64,000 nucleotides of DNA from Bacteroidota bacterium. GTDB taxonomy: Bacteria > Bacteroidota > Bacteroidia > AKYH767-A > OLB10. The notes under the pieces were generated by a model that was not told the DNA's origin, made no database searches, and saw only the letters and a program-made list of their open reading frames with translations. The stretch spans positions 10,245 through 74,244 of the forward strand of contig JAHEKC010000001.1 in assembly GCA_024638565.1 (NCBI GenBank), in the 5' to 3' direction. Each line of letters starts with the position of its first letter. Positions within the stretch are counted from its first letter, which is position 1. This document shows positions 48,453-58,374 of the stretch, in pieces. A program made the translations under genes and the position numbers.

Positions 48453-51400
48453 TTATTTTCTTAATACAATATACCCTGTCCTTGGCTTGGTGCCATTGTT
48501 TAAGTCCAGGATGTAAAAGAATGTACCGTTGGGCAGTTGTTTGCCGATATAAATCCCACTAACATTTGAAGTTCCATTCCAGTTATTTTCATAATCCGTC
48601 GCTTTAAAGATCAACGCTCCCCAACGGTTGTAGATCCAAAGCTTGTTTCCAGGAAATTTCTCAATCCCGGGGATAGTGAATTCATCGTTATATCCGTCAT
48701 TATTGGGTGAGTAGCCAGACGGAATGACGAGCGAGTCACATACCACGCTGACAAGCACTTCACCGGTGGCACGGCAACCGTCCTCATTAGTGACCTCCAC
48801 GGTATAGGTTGTAGAGACGGTAGGGGAGGCAACCGGATTTTCGACATCCGTACGGTCAAGGCCTGTAGCCGGGCTCCAGGAATAGCTTACACCACCACTG
48901 GCAAGCAGCGGCGCGCTTTCGCCCGGGCAAAGGATCACGTTCGGGCTGACTGAAAGATTCTGTACCACAGATACCGTCACTTCGATTGAATCGGAGATGA
49001 AATACCCGCACGCATGATTGATGGCTACCGTATAGATTCCGGCAGCCGGAGTGGTAAAATCGGTATATACAGCACCTCCGAGGGCTTCACCATCTAGAAA
49101 CCACTGGTAGGTGGCGCCTTGAATAGAATCCGCAACCAGGGTTACGAGATCTCCGGAGCATATAGTCGTGGGTCCGGTTGCATTGGCACTGAATACCGAA
49201 TTATCTCCAACTGTATAAGTTTCACGGGTAGTACATCCGTTCCCTTCTGTTACAATGACCGTGTAGCTTCCATGCGGTATATTTGAAAGGTTCTGTGTTG
49301 TCGCACCATTGCTCCATTGGAACAAGAAAGGACCTATGCCTGTCGTTATACTGACATTAACGCTTCCAGAAATATTATCAAGACAATTTGCATTGGCAAT
49401 TGTGCCCGTTATGACGATGGCGGGTGGGGGTTGCAGTACGGAGGCTATGAAGCTTTTCGTGCATCCGTTGCCGTCTGTTACCGTTACCGTATACCCTTCA
49501 GCCGGTATATTGCTAAGGTTTTGCGTAGTTGCACCAGTACTCCACATATATGAATAAGGTGGCGTACCGCCGGCCGCAGTCAGATTGATTGTCGCAGTGC
49601 TGTCTCCGAAACAGGATAAGCCGGGATCGATTACTATTGAAGTGGATAATTCAAGCGGCTGCGTGACCGAACCGGTAGTATTTGCCTTGCAGCCATTTGC
49701 GTCGGTAACCGTGACAAGGTAGGTTCCGGGCGGTAATCCACTCAAGTCTTCGGTAATTACACTATTGCTCCACTTGAATGAATAAGGTGGTGTGCCCATA
49801 GATACTGTCAGGTCAATGGAGCCGTTGTTATTCCCGAAGCAATCGATGTTTTGTGAGACGGCACCTGCGGAAAGTGCGCCTGCGGGCTGTGTCACAGATG
49901 CTATAACGGTGTCCACACATCCATTGGCATCTGTTATTGTGACGCTATACGTACCAGAAAGCAAGCCTGAAACAGAATTGATGGTATCACCGTTGCTCCA
50001 TGAGTATGAATAGGGAGAAGTGCCTCCGTTGACTGAGAGACTGATGGAGCCGGTAGCTTCTGAGAAGCAAAGTACATTTTGCAAATCTGTGATTGCCGGA
50101 GAAAGCGGGGCAGGCTCACTAATGTACACAGGCTGCGATGTGGTACAGCCATTTGAATCTGTTATAATAACGTTGTATGTGCTGGCTGACAAGCCGCCAA
50201 TGTTTTGAGTTGTATTCCCATTGTTCCAGGCATATGAATACGGGCTCGTGCCGCCTGTTACGGAAACTGTAACAGAACCGTCTGATCCTGAAAAACAACT
50301 TACATCCTGTTGGGTTTGGACCAGTGACGACAGCGGTGCAGCCGGTTCCAGGATGGAATGAGTTTGTTCAACCGTGCAATTATTTGCATCGGTTACGGTG
50401 ACACTATATGTTCCTGGAGCCAGCGGACTGATGTTTTGAGCAGTCGACCAATTGCTCCAGCTGAATGTATAGGGTGCTGTGCCCTGGGATACTATTAGGC
50501 TTATGGCTCCGTTGCCGTTGCCGAAACAGTCAATATTCTGAACCTGCGCGGAAACAGCCAGGGCGCCTGCAGGCTGTAAAACAGTTGATGTACTTGAATC
50601 AGTGCATCCGTTAGCGTCTGTAACTATTACCGTATAGTTGCCAGTTGCCAGACCGCCGATATCCTCAGTGGTGGCGCCATTGCTCCAGTTGAAAGCAAAC
50701 GGAGGTGTTCCACCGCTGACTGTTAGATCAATTAAGCCATCATTGCCGCCATTGCAGCTCACGTTTTGTAAAGTGGCTACACTAGCGGCCAGCATGGAGG
50801 CGGGCTGGGTGACATTGGCCGTTTGGAGGCCAGTACATCCATTGAGGTCTGTGATCGTTACAGTGTAGTTTCCGGCAGAAAGATTGTTAACATTTTGAGT
50901 AGTACTTCCTGTACTCCAGTTGTATGAATACGGACTTGTTCCTCCATTGACCGATAGTATTATTGATCCATCGCTTCCGGAATGGCAACCAACACTTTGT
51001 ACAGCTGATACCGAAATAGAAAGTGGTGATGCCGGCTCGCCTATGGATTGCGTGGCTTGTGCAGTACAATTGTTAGCATCGGTTACGGTGACAGTATAAA
51101 TACCGGCTGAAAGACCAGAGATGCCCTGAGCGGTGTCACCTGTATTCCATAAAAAGGAGTATGGGCTGGTACCTTGCGAAACAGAAAGATTAATGGCGCC
51201 ACTGTTTGCCCCGAAACATGAAACATCTTGTACGGATGATACTGATAAGCTTAGTGCGCCGGAAGGTTGACTTATGATAACCGTTGCAGAGTCGATGCAA
51301 CCATTCGCATCGGTAACTGTAAGGGTGTAGCTGCCGGAACTAAGGTTGTTTATGTCTTCGGTGGTAGATCCGTTGCTCCAGAGAAATGAATAAGGGGGTG

Positions 51401-54400
51401 TGCCTTGTGTAACAGTTAGATCCGCCGAGCCATCCGATCCCCCACTACAGTTTACGTCTTGTGATGAATCGACAGTAATGCTGAGTAGACTTGATGGCTG
51501 GCTGATAACAACATTTTGATTTGCAACACATCCGTTGGAATCGGTAACCGTAACCGTATAAGCCCCTGAAGGCAGATTGCTTATATCCTCTGTGGTTTGT
51601 CCGCTACTCCAGGAGAATGTAAAAGGAGGTGTGCCGTTGCTGACAGTCAGGTTGATAGCTCCATTTGAACCGCCAAAGCAGGATACGTTCTGAAGAATAT
51701 CGATGCTTGCCGTCACCAACGGTACTGGAAGTAAAAGCATTGAGGTGATGGAAAAGGTACAGCCATTGGCATCAGTGGCCGTAACCGTGTATGTACCCTT
51801 TCCGAGATTTATCAGATCCTCAGAAGTAGCGCCGGTATTCCAGAGGAACGTATAAGGCGGTGAGCCCCCATTGATTGTTACATCAATGGAACCCGTATTA
51901 CCGGCGGTGCACGAAGCGTTTTCAAAGACAACTGCACTGCCGGTGATGGAATCTGCAGGTTGTGATACGGTTGCCGACTGTTGAAGCGTACAGCCATTCG
52001 CATCAGTAACTGTAACGGTATAGTTGCCTGGTAAAAGAGAGCTAATATTTTGGGTAGTTTCACTATTGCTCCAAACGTATGAATATGGTTGAGTTCCCTG
52101 TGCGACTGTCAGGTTGATCGAACCATTTGCGTTGCCATAACAATCAACATCCTGCACTGATGGAGTTGCTGACAGGTTCCCGGCAGGTTGCGTGATTGTA
52201 ACAGTAATAGAATCGATGCATCCGTTTGCATCCAAAACTGTAGCCGTATACTGGCCTGCGGGGATTCCGGACAAATCTTCAGTAGTAGCTCCTGTACTCC
52301 AGTTGACAGTATAAGGGGCCGTACCGCCACTTACAGTCAGATCGATATCACCATCCGTACCAGAAAAACAGTTTACATTTTGAGCGGAACTTATCGCAGT
52401 TGTTAGTGCGAACAGAGGTTCGGATATTGTGAAGGACTGGGTGTCTGTGCAGCCGAGTGTATCCGTAACAGTGATGATGTAATTACCTGTTGGCAGGTTA
52501 CTTATGTTCTGGGTAGTGCTTCCATTGCTCCAGTTATATGTAAATGGAAAAGTTCCCCCGGTTACCTGCAGAATGATAGAGCCGTCAGAACCCGAATGGC
52601 AATTTACATTTTGAACTGTTGTAGCTGATGCGGCAATTGAAGCGGCCGGCTGTGAAATGACATATGAAAGTGAATCGAGACACCCGTTGAAATCAGCTAT
52701 CGTTACGACGTATGTGCCCGCTGCAATAGACGAGATGTCTTCAGTGGTGGCACCGTTACTCCAGTTAAATGTATACGGAGGTGTTCCGCCACCTACTGAA
52801 AGGTCAATTGACCCGTCATTCCCGGTGAAGCAACTCACGTTTTGAGCACCGGTAATACTTGAAAACATGGAGTCGGGTTCGGATACTGTGGCGTTCTGAA
52901 TGATGGCACAACCATTGGCATCTGTAACAGTGACTGTATAGCTACCGGCGGACAGGCTGGAAATATTCTGCGTTGTGACACCGTGGCTCCATGCAAAGGT
53001 GTATGGGCCCGTGCCCCCGTTTACGGAGATATTTACGGCCCCGTCAGATGCTGAGAAGCAATTAGCGTTTTGAATGGTGTTGATGCTGGCATTTAATGAT
53101 GCGGCCGGCTGGGATACGCTAACGTTCTGTCTTTCGGTACAGCCATTATTGTCAGTTACGGTTACGGTATAAGTACTGGCTGATAAAACGCTCAGGCTCT
53201 GTGCCGTTGCACCCGTGTTCCATATATAGGAATATGGCGGGACTCCTCCGGTGACAGCAACAGATGCAGCCCCGCTGTTATCACCAAAACAGGAGGCATT
53301 TGTTGAAGAGCTTGTTAGTGATAATGCAGCCGGCTGTGTGAGGATGACGCTGGTTGCGTCAGTGCAACCATTGGCATCCGTGACGGTTGCAGTATATGTT
53401 CCGGCGACCAGCCCCGTAACCGTTTGGTTATTAGATCCGGTTGACCATTGGAAATTGAAGGGTGCCGTGCCTCCCGAAATGTTAAGGGATATTGAGCCGT
53501 TGTTGCCGTTAAAGCAGGAAACCTCGGAAGGAGATCCGGACACGGAAACCAGCGGAACCTGGTTGATGGTTACAGCCGTTGTCCCGGTACAGCCCATCTG
53601 GTCAGTAACAGTTACGACATAGTTGCCTGCGCCAAGCCCGGTAAGATCTTCTGTAGTTTGCCCATTGCTCCAGAGGAATGAATATGGCGGGAAGCCGAAG
53701 GTTACGGTAAGGTTAATTGAGCCCATAGAGCTGGGGCAGGCTAGATCCTCATTAGTAGCATTGAGTACCGGCCCGGAAACGGTTACTTCGCTCGAGCATG
53801 TATCTGTATATCCGGATGCGTTGACTACCACGTGTATGGTAAATCCTCCTGGGTTGTTTCCTGCAATTACATTGACAGATGACCCGGTATTGGATCCAGA
53901 AAAGGATGCCCCGGATACATTGTCCGACAGGAACCATGAATAATCAAATCCAATAAGGCTGTCAGATGTAAAGACCAGCGTGTCTGCCATGCAGGCTACG
54001 GACGGCCCTGTCAGGCCACAGCCATCCAGCGTCATTACGGCGGTAGCAGACAGAGAGCGATCCCCGGTACCTTTCCCTCCATCTACTTCAACTATGGTCA
54101 TATGATAAGCTGAACCAGGAATTCCTGAGATTGAATATTGGGGGCACCAGTCGTGCGTAGTTGCCAGATGCCCGCCCCAGACAAATACCACGTGTGGATT
54201 CAGGGTGGTGAAAGTGACCTGCATCAATTGCTCCCCTCCTGATTGGTTAAGGTCGGGTACGTTTAGGTACTGGATATCAGTAATGGCCGTTCCGTTGAAC
54301 ATGGTCATCAGTCGTTCTGATGGCGGTAACTTATTGAAAGCTGTTTTCGGCTCCAGTAAACCTGTGCATGTTACCAGCTTGTTTGACGGTGGTTCTGGGA

Positions 54401-54905
54401 TGGGGTACGTAATAGGGGTAGGGTCTATTCCGACCTGGTCTGCCAGCGGATCAATTGTTTCAGCCGGATGCCAGAAAAGTCCGTGAGGTGAAAGTCTGTC
54501 ATAGTGTGTAAGGAAATCAAAAGCGTGTTTATCTCCTTTTTTTATGTCATATTCAATGATAAAATTATGTGTGCCGGGTGTGAGCCCCTTTAATATAAAC
54601 CGGTAGCTTGCGGACATGCCTTCCAAGTAGTGTGAATTGGATGTACCGGCATTGCCATTTGACCAATATGCAGGGGTAACAGGTGATAGTCGGCTCCCAT
54701 TCCTGATCTGTTCCAGCCTGAGGGTTTGTCCAAGAACGGACTGGCCACTCATCAATGCCAGTGCAATTATGGCCAGCAAGTGTCGAATCCGTACATGCGT
54801 AATAGATAGACACGTAATCAGTGCATATTGGATCTTCCTTGCGGCTAAGTTTAAGCCGAAATTTGAGGTTATGAATGGTTTTGGTGAAATCCTGGTACCG
54901 AGCAT
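48453..54905 (-). CDS. Giant (2150 aa) SprB-repeat cell-surface protein, paralogue of 41307-48428 with the same N-terminal domain type and a type-B T9SS CTD
   Basis: The N-domain (NGNAGTSNSHYLEGMSASYRF...EYDIKKGDKHAFDFLTHYDRLSPH) is homologous to the upstream giant protein. About 22 SprB repeats follow. The C-terminus is IPSGYSPNNDGYNDEFTIPGIEKFPGN...YIVLRK. The true start may be downstream of the ATG at 54905, because the ORF begins with a long leader before the signal peptide. Confidence 0.8.
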   Translation of the reverse strand: MLGTRISPKPFITSNFGLNLAARKIQYALITCLSITHVRIRHLLAIIALALMSGQSVLGQTLRLEQIRNGSRLSPVTPAYWSNGNAGTSNSHYLEGMSASYRFILKGLTPGTHNFIIEYDIKKGDKHAFDFLTHYDRLSPHGLFWHPAETIDPLADQVGIDPTPITYPIPEPPSNKLVTCTGLLEPKTAFNKLPPSERLMTMFNGTAITDIQYLNVPDLNQSGGEQLMQVTFTTLNPHVVFVWGGHLATTHDWCPQYSISGIPGSAYHMTIVEVDGGKGTGDRSLSATAVMTLDGCGLTGPSVACMADTLVFTSDSLIGFDYSWFLSDNVSGASFSGSNTGSSVNVIAGNNPGGFTIHVVVNASGYTDTCSSEVTVSGPVLNATNEDLACPSSMGSINLTVTFGFPPYSFLWSNGQTTEDLTGLGAGNYVVTVTDQMGCTGTTAVTINQVPLVSVSGSPSEVSCFNGNNGSISLNISGGTAPFNFQWSTGSNNQTVTGLVAGTYTATVTDANGCTDATSVILTQPAALSLTSSSTNASCFGDNSGAASVAVTGGVPPYSYIWNTGATAQSLSVLSASTYTVTVTDNNGCTERQNVSVSQPAASLNASINTIQNANCFSASDGAVNISVNGGTGPYTFAWSHGVTTQNISSLSAGSYTVTVTDANGCAIIQNATVSEPDSMFSSITGAQNVSCFTGNDGSIDLSVGGGTPPYTFNWSNGATTEDISSIAAGTYVVTIADFNGCLDSLSYVISQPAASIAASATTVQNVNCHSGSDGSIILQVTGGTFPFTYNWSNGSTTQNISNLPTGNYIITVTDTLGCTDTQSFTISEPLFALTTAISSAQNVNCFSGTDGDIDLTVSGGTAPYTVNWSTGATTEDLSGIPAGQYTATVLDANGCIDSITVTITQPAGNLSATPSVQDVDCYGNANGSINLTVAQGTQPYSYVWSNSETTQNISSLLPGNYTVTVTDANGCTLQQSATVSQPADSITGSAVVFENASCTAGNTGSIDVTINGGSPPYTFLWNTGATSEDLINLGKGTYTVTATDANGCTFSITSMLLLPVPLVTASIDILQNVSCFGGSNGAINLTVSNGTPPFTFSWSSGQTTEDISNLPSGAYTVTVTDSNGCVANQNVVISQPSSLLSITVDSSQDVNCSGGSDGSADLTVTQGTPPYSFLWSNGSTTEDINNLSSGSYTLTVTDANGCIDSATVIISQPSGALSLSVSSVQDVSCFGANSGAINLSVSQGTSPYSFLWNTGDTAQGISGLSAGIYTVTVTDANNCTAQATQSIGEPASPLSISVSAVQSVGCHSGSDGSIILSVNGGTSPYSYNWSTGSTTQNVNNLSAGNYTVTITDLNGCTGLQTANVTQPASMLAASVATLQNVSCNGGNDGLIDLTVSGGTPPFAFNWSNGATTEDIGGLATGNYTVIVTDANGCTDSSTSTVLQPAGALAVSAQVQNIDCFGNGNGAISLIVSQGTAPYTFSWSNWSTAQNISPLAPGTYSVTVTDANNCTVEQTHSILEPAAPLSSLVQTQQDVSCFSGSDGSVTVSVTGGTSPYSYAWNNGNTTQNIGGLSASTYNVIITDSNGCTTSQPVYISEPAPLSPAITDLQNVLCFSEATGSISLSVNGGTSPYSYSWSNGDTINSVSGLLSGTYSVTITDANGCVDTVIASVTQPAGALSAGAVSQNIDCFGNNNGSIDLTVSMGTPPYSFKWSNSVITEDLSGLPPGTYLVTVTDANGCKANTTGSVTQPLELSTSIVIDPGLSCFGDSTATINLTAAGGTPPYSYMWSTGATTQNLSNIPAEGYTVTVTDGNGCTKSFIASVLQPPPAIVITGTIANANCLDNISGSVNVSITTGIGPFLFQWSNGATTQNLSNIPHGSYTVIVTEGNGCTTRETYTVGDNSVFSANATGPTTICSGDLVTLVADSIQGATYQWFLDGEALGGAVYTDFTTPAAGIYTVAINHACGYFISDSIEVTVSVVQNLSVSPNVILCPGESAPLLASGGVSYSWSPATGLDRTDVENPVASPTVSTTYTVEVTNEDGCRATGEVLVSVVCDSLVIPSGYSPNNDGYNDEFTIPGIEKFPGNKLWIYNRWGALIFKATDYENNWNGTSNVSGIYIGKQLPNGTFFYILDLNNGTKPRTGYIVLRK

Positions 54906-55049
54906 TTCAGTTTGATTATTTGTTCACAAAACGTTATCCCGTTATACTGCCAAACCGGACCTAAAGGTTACAGGATGAATGGATTATATCATGGAGCCCT
55001 GGACAGGTGCCCGTTACGGAAAAAGTGCTCTTCGAAAGCAGAAAAAAGA

Positions 55050-55090
55050 CGGAAAAAACACAAAAAAGCGGACTGTTTGTGAGAGCCCGC
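55050..55090 (-). terminator. Putative intrinsic terminator after the ompA-family gene
   Basis: On the minus strand the sequence reads AAAGCGG-(loop)-CCGCTTTTTTGTGTTTTTT. That is a 7-bp stem followed by two U-tracts, 30-60 nt after the stop at 55116. Confidence 0.4.
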
Positions 55091-55115
55091 TTTAAACGAA
55101 ATTGCCTTGATTAGG

Positions 55116-57320
55116 TTACTTGTTGGAAGAAAGATCTTTGGCGACCCTGATCACCCTGATTTCAGTCCTCCGGTTCTTTTGATGGTCTTCTTCTGAACAG
55201 ATTGATCCATCCGCACACTTGTTCATCAGCATCGTTTCGCCTCCCCATTCCATTTTTTCGACGACAGACCTTGAAGTGCCGTTATTGACAAGCCACTGGG
55301 TAGCGGCCTCGGCCCTGTGCCTGGAGAGTCTTTCGTTGTATGCATTTGTCCCCCTGGAATCACAATAGGAGTTCATCAGCAGGCGCACCTCGGGGTTTGC
55401 TTTTACGAACTGCAACACCTCCATCATTGTTTTGACAGCGTCTGGCCGGATATTGGATCTGTCGAAGTCATAGTAGATGATCTTGTACCAGCGGGCGAAT
55501 TTGCCCACGTCAGCACCTTTCTTCAGGTCTACGACAACCTCGAAGTCCTTGTCAATCTTCTGCCCCACGTTGGACAGTGTGACCACCTTGGGATCGTAGC
55601 CGCTTTTCATGATGATCAGCGCAATCTGCAGGTCGCGCTCAAGGGGTTGCATGTATACGCCTTTCTTGTCCGTCTTGCCCAGGGTCTTGTTCGTCTGATC
55701 AATGCCGATAACGGCATTGTGCAGCATCTTTTTCGTTTCCCTGTCGCGTACTTTCACGATCAGGTTATAAACCCGCTCCTGCTTCTTGATTTCCAGCTTG
55801 ACGAAGAAATCCTCGGACGGGAAGTAGTCTATGGTTTTGAAGTGTTCAAAGTCCCGTGAATAGGATTCCTTGGTGCCTTCGACAGTATATTCCTCGTCAT
55901 AGTCTATAGGAAACTCGAACATGGCATCTTCACCGGCAGTCATCTCCAGGACATCGTTGCTGCTGTTCCGAAGCTTTACATGTGCCATGGGGATGGGCTT
56001 GTCCGTTCCTTCCTCGACCACGATACCGCGCACCTTGAGCATGCGGCGGAAGCTGTATATATCATCATCAACCCCTTTAGACTCTCGGTTTGAGCTGAAA
56101 TAGCCGTAATGCGTCTTGGTATTGAATATGATGCCGAAGTCGTCCTCACTGGAGTTCACCGGCGCGCCCATGTTTTTCGCATCCATCCAGGTCGTGTCCT
56201 TCTGGTGCGTGTAAAAGACATCCAGTCCGCCCAGGACATCACGGCCGTTGGAAGCAAAGAGGAACGTGCCGTCAGCATGCTGGTATGGGAACAGCTCGTC
56301 ACCCTCCGTATTGATCGCTTCACCCATGTTGACAGGTGCATTCCATTCTGCGTTAGCGCTGTCACGGTCGCAGTAGTAAAGGTCCATGCCACCCTGGCCG
56401 CCCGGCATATCGGAGGTGAAATAAAGCCGGAGGTTGTCAGGCGAAACAAAGGCGTGTGCACAATTGAATTCGTCGTTGTTATACTTGAAGGGCGTGAGGT
56501 CCTTCCAGTTTCCATCCTTCATGCGGGCATGGAAGATCTTGAGCTTAACGACTGCGTCTTCACTGGTGAAGACCTTTTTCTTGACCACGTTATTTCGTGT
56601 GATATATACTTCCCCGCCATCCTGGCTGAACGCCACCGGGCCATCATTGTATTTGATCTGTACATTGTCCGAGAACGGTTCCACCTCCAGGAAGGTATTC
56701 CCTTTTCCTTTTGAGTAATACAGGTTCAGGTAGTTTTCATTGGTCCAGGAATGTTTTTTCTCAATCAGGTCTTTCGAGGGCCGTGCGGAGGAGAAAACCA
56801 TTCCCTCGTCGAAAAATGCCGGGGCAAAGTCCGCATTCGGGGAATTGATGATCAGCTTCCAGACGAAATAATTTGCCGTGTCCTTGAAGTAGGAAGGGAT
56901 ATTCTCGATCGTCTTAAGCGCGAACATCCCGCGCCTGTCGTCAGGGTTCAACTCGGCATAATCCCGGATCCAGGCTTTGGCGTCGTTGTATTTTCCGTTC
57001 TTCATCAGGGCCTGCCCGTAGTAATACTTATGGATGGGCTCATGGTCCTTGGTCTTGACCACTTCGCCATACCAGAATTCGGCCTTTTCACTGCGACCGG
57101 TCTTGCGGTAGCAATGAGCCAGCTTGACCATGGCGGCGGTGAAATCGGGATGCTTTTCCAGGATCTTCTCGTATGCCATGATGGCCTCGCTGTATGCGAG
57201 CTGGTCATACAATTCATCCGCTTTTTCCAGTTGCTTGCTCTGCCCGAATCCGTAATGCGCCACCAGTGAAAATATGGCTGTGAGCAGAATCAGGTGTGCG
57301 ATCGTCTTTTTCATGAGCAT
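55116..57320 (-). CDS. OmpA-family protein (N-terminal TPR, central beta-propeller-like repeats, C-terminal OmpA/MotB peptidoglycan-binding domain)
   Basis: The signal peptide is followed by TPR helices. Repeated Tol-type (PD40-like) motifs follow (FSPDNLRLYFTSD, FASNGRD). The C-terminal OmpA domain contains YCDSRGTNAYNERLSRHRAEA. The gene sits immediately downstream of the PorP/SprF gene. Confidence 0.8.
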   Translation of the reverse strand: MLMKKTIAHLILLTAIFSLVAHYGFGQSKQLEKADELYDQLAYSEAIMAYEKILEKHPDFTAAMVKLAHCYRKTGRSEKAEFWYGEVVKTKDHEPIHKYYYGQALMKNGKYNDAKAWIRDYAELNPDDRRGMFALKTIENIPSYFKDTANYFVWKLIINSPNADFAPAFFDEGMVFSSARPSKDLIEKKHSWTNENYLNLYYSKGKGNTFLEVEPFSDNVQIKYNDGPVAFSQDGGEVYITRNNVVKKKVFTSEDAVVKLKIFHARMKDGNWKDLTPFKYNNDEFNCAHAFVSPDNLRLYFTSDMPGGQGGMDLYYCDRDSANAEWNAPVNMGEAINTEGDELFPYQHADGTFLFASNGRDVLGGLDVFYTHQKDTTWMDAKNMGAPVNSSEDDFGIIFNTKTHYGYFSSNRESKGVDDDIYSFRRMLKVRGIVVEEGTDKPIPMAHVKLRNSSNDVLEMTAGEDAMFEFPIDYDEEYTVEGTKESYSRDFEHFKTIDYFPSEDFFVKLEIKKQERVYNLIVKVRDRETKKMLHNAVIGIDQTNKTLGKTDKKGVYMQPLERDLQIALIIMKSGYDPKVVTLSNVGQKIDKDFEVVVDLKKGADVGKFARWYKIIYYDFDRSNIRPDAVKTMMEVLQFVKANPEVRLLMNSYCDSRGTNAYNERLSRHRAEAATQWLVNNGTSRSVVEKMEWGGETMLMNKCADGSICSEEDHQKNRRTEIRVIRVAKDLSSNK

Positions 57321-57343
57321 GGTTATAGATTCCTATTCCTGAA

Positions 57344-58300
57344 TTAGAAGTAACGCGGCGTAACCACCTTGTCCTTCTCGAATGAGAAGTCGTACCCGAT
57401 GGTGAATTCATGCGTGCCACTGTTGTAATTATTAAGCTTGGTAAGCGTGTAGTCGTAAGAATATCCGAAGCGAAGCTGCTTGGTAAGCTGGTACTGGGTA
57501 AGTACCGACACGGCATCACCGGTCCTGTATGCCATGCCAAACCAGAATACCTCCTTGAACAGGGCATTAAGCGTGATATCGGCTTCCAGCGGTGCGCCGG
57601 ATACGGCAGCAACCATGAGGGAAGGCTTCATCTTCACACTTTCGTTGATGTCGAAAACGTAGGCCGAGAACAGGTAATAGTGCCAGTTCTGAAGGTTGAC
57701 CTTGTTCGCTGTCGCTTTCTGGGTCACCGGGTCTATCTTGTTTTCGAGAAACCGCGGGATAGACAAGCCGGCATAGAAACGGTCCGTATGGAAATAGGTG
57801 CCGAATCCGAAGTTGGGCATAAGCTTGTTCTGGATGTTCCTTGAGAATTCAGGATCGTTGGGATCGATGGTGATCACATCGAGCAGCTTTTCCTCCACGT
57901 TGATAATGCCACCCTGCAGTCCCATGGACAGGATGCCCTGGTCGCTGACCTGCATGTGATGGGCGTAGCTGACGAATGCCGCCGTCTGGTTGGTGACCCC
58001 TATCCTGTCGTTCAGGATGCTGATGCCCACCCCGTTCGTTTCACGGGAAAAGGGCATGTGGAAGTTGACAGTGGCGGTTTTCGGCGCTCCCTCGATGCCT
58101 ACCCACTGGTCCCTGTAAAGCAGGGAAGCGGCCGCGAAGCCCCTTGAACCTGCATAGGCCGGGTTGATGAACATCTCGTTGTTCATGTACTGTGTGAAAT
58201 GGGGCTCGTACTGGGCCTCTGCCCTTTCCGATGCCATCACACTCATGGCCAGCGCCGCTACAGCTATGATTCCTTTCCTGAAATGCTGTTTCATATACAT
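57344..58300 (-). CDS. PorP/SprF family type IX secretion system membrane protein
   Basis: The 318-aa product has a signal peptide and a beta-barrel with a C-terminal F. The motifs FNPAYAG, DQW and GAPxTxxxN are characteristic of PorP/SprF. The gene sits directly downstream of a type-B CTD gene, as sprF does relative to sprB. Confidence 0.8.
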   Translation of the reverse strand: MYMKQHFRKGIIAVAALAMSVMASERAEAQYEPHFTQYMNNEMFINPAYAGSRGFAAASLLYRDQWVGIEGAPKTATVNFHMPFSRETNGVGISILNDRIGVTNQTAAFVSYAHHMQVSDQGILSMGLQGGIINVEEKLLDVITIDPNDPEFSRNIQNKLMPNFGFGTYFHTDRFYAGLSIPRFLENKIDPVTQKATANKVNLQNWHYYLFSAYVFDINESVKMKPSLMVAAVSGAPLEADITLNALFKEVFWFGMAYRTGDAVSVLTQYQLTKQLRFGYSYDYTLTKLNNYNSGTHEFTIGYDFSFEKDKVVTPRYF

Positions 58301-58374
58301 CCGGTTTTTAGCTTTTTTATTTGTTATTGATAATCAGTCTGATAAGATTACCAGGTTCTGATTTGCACAGTTTT

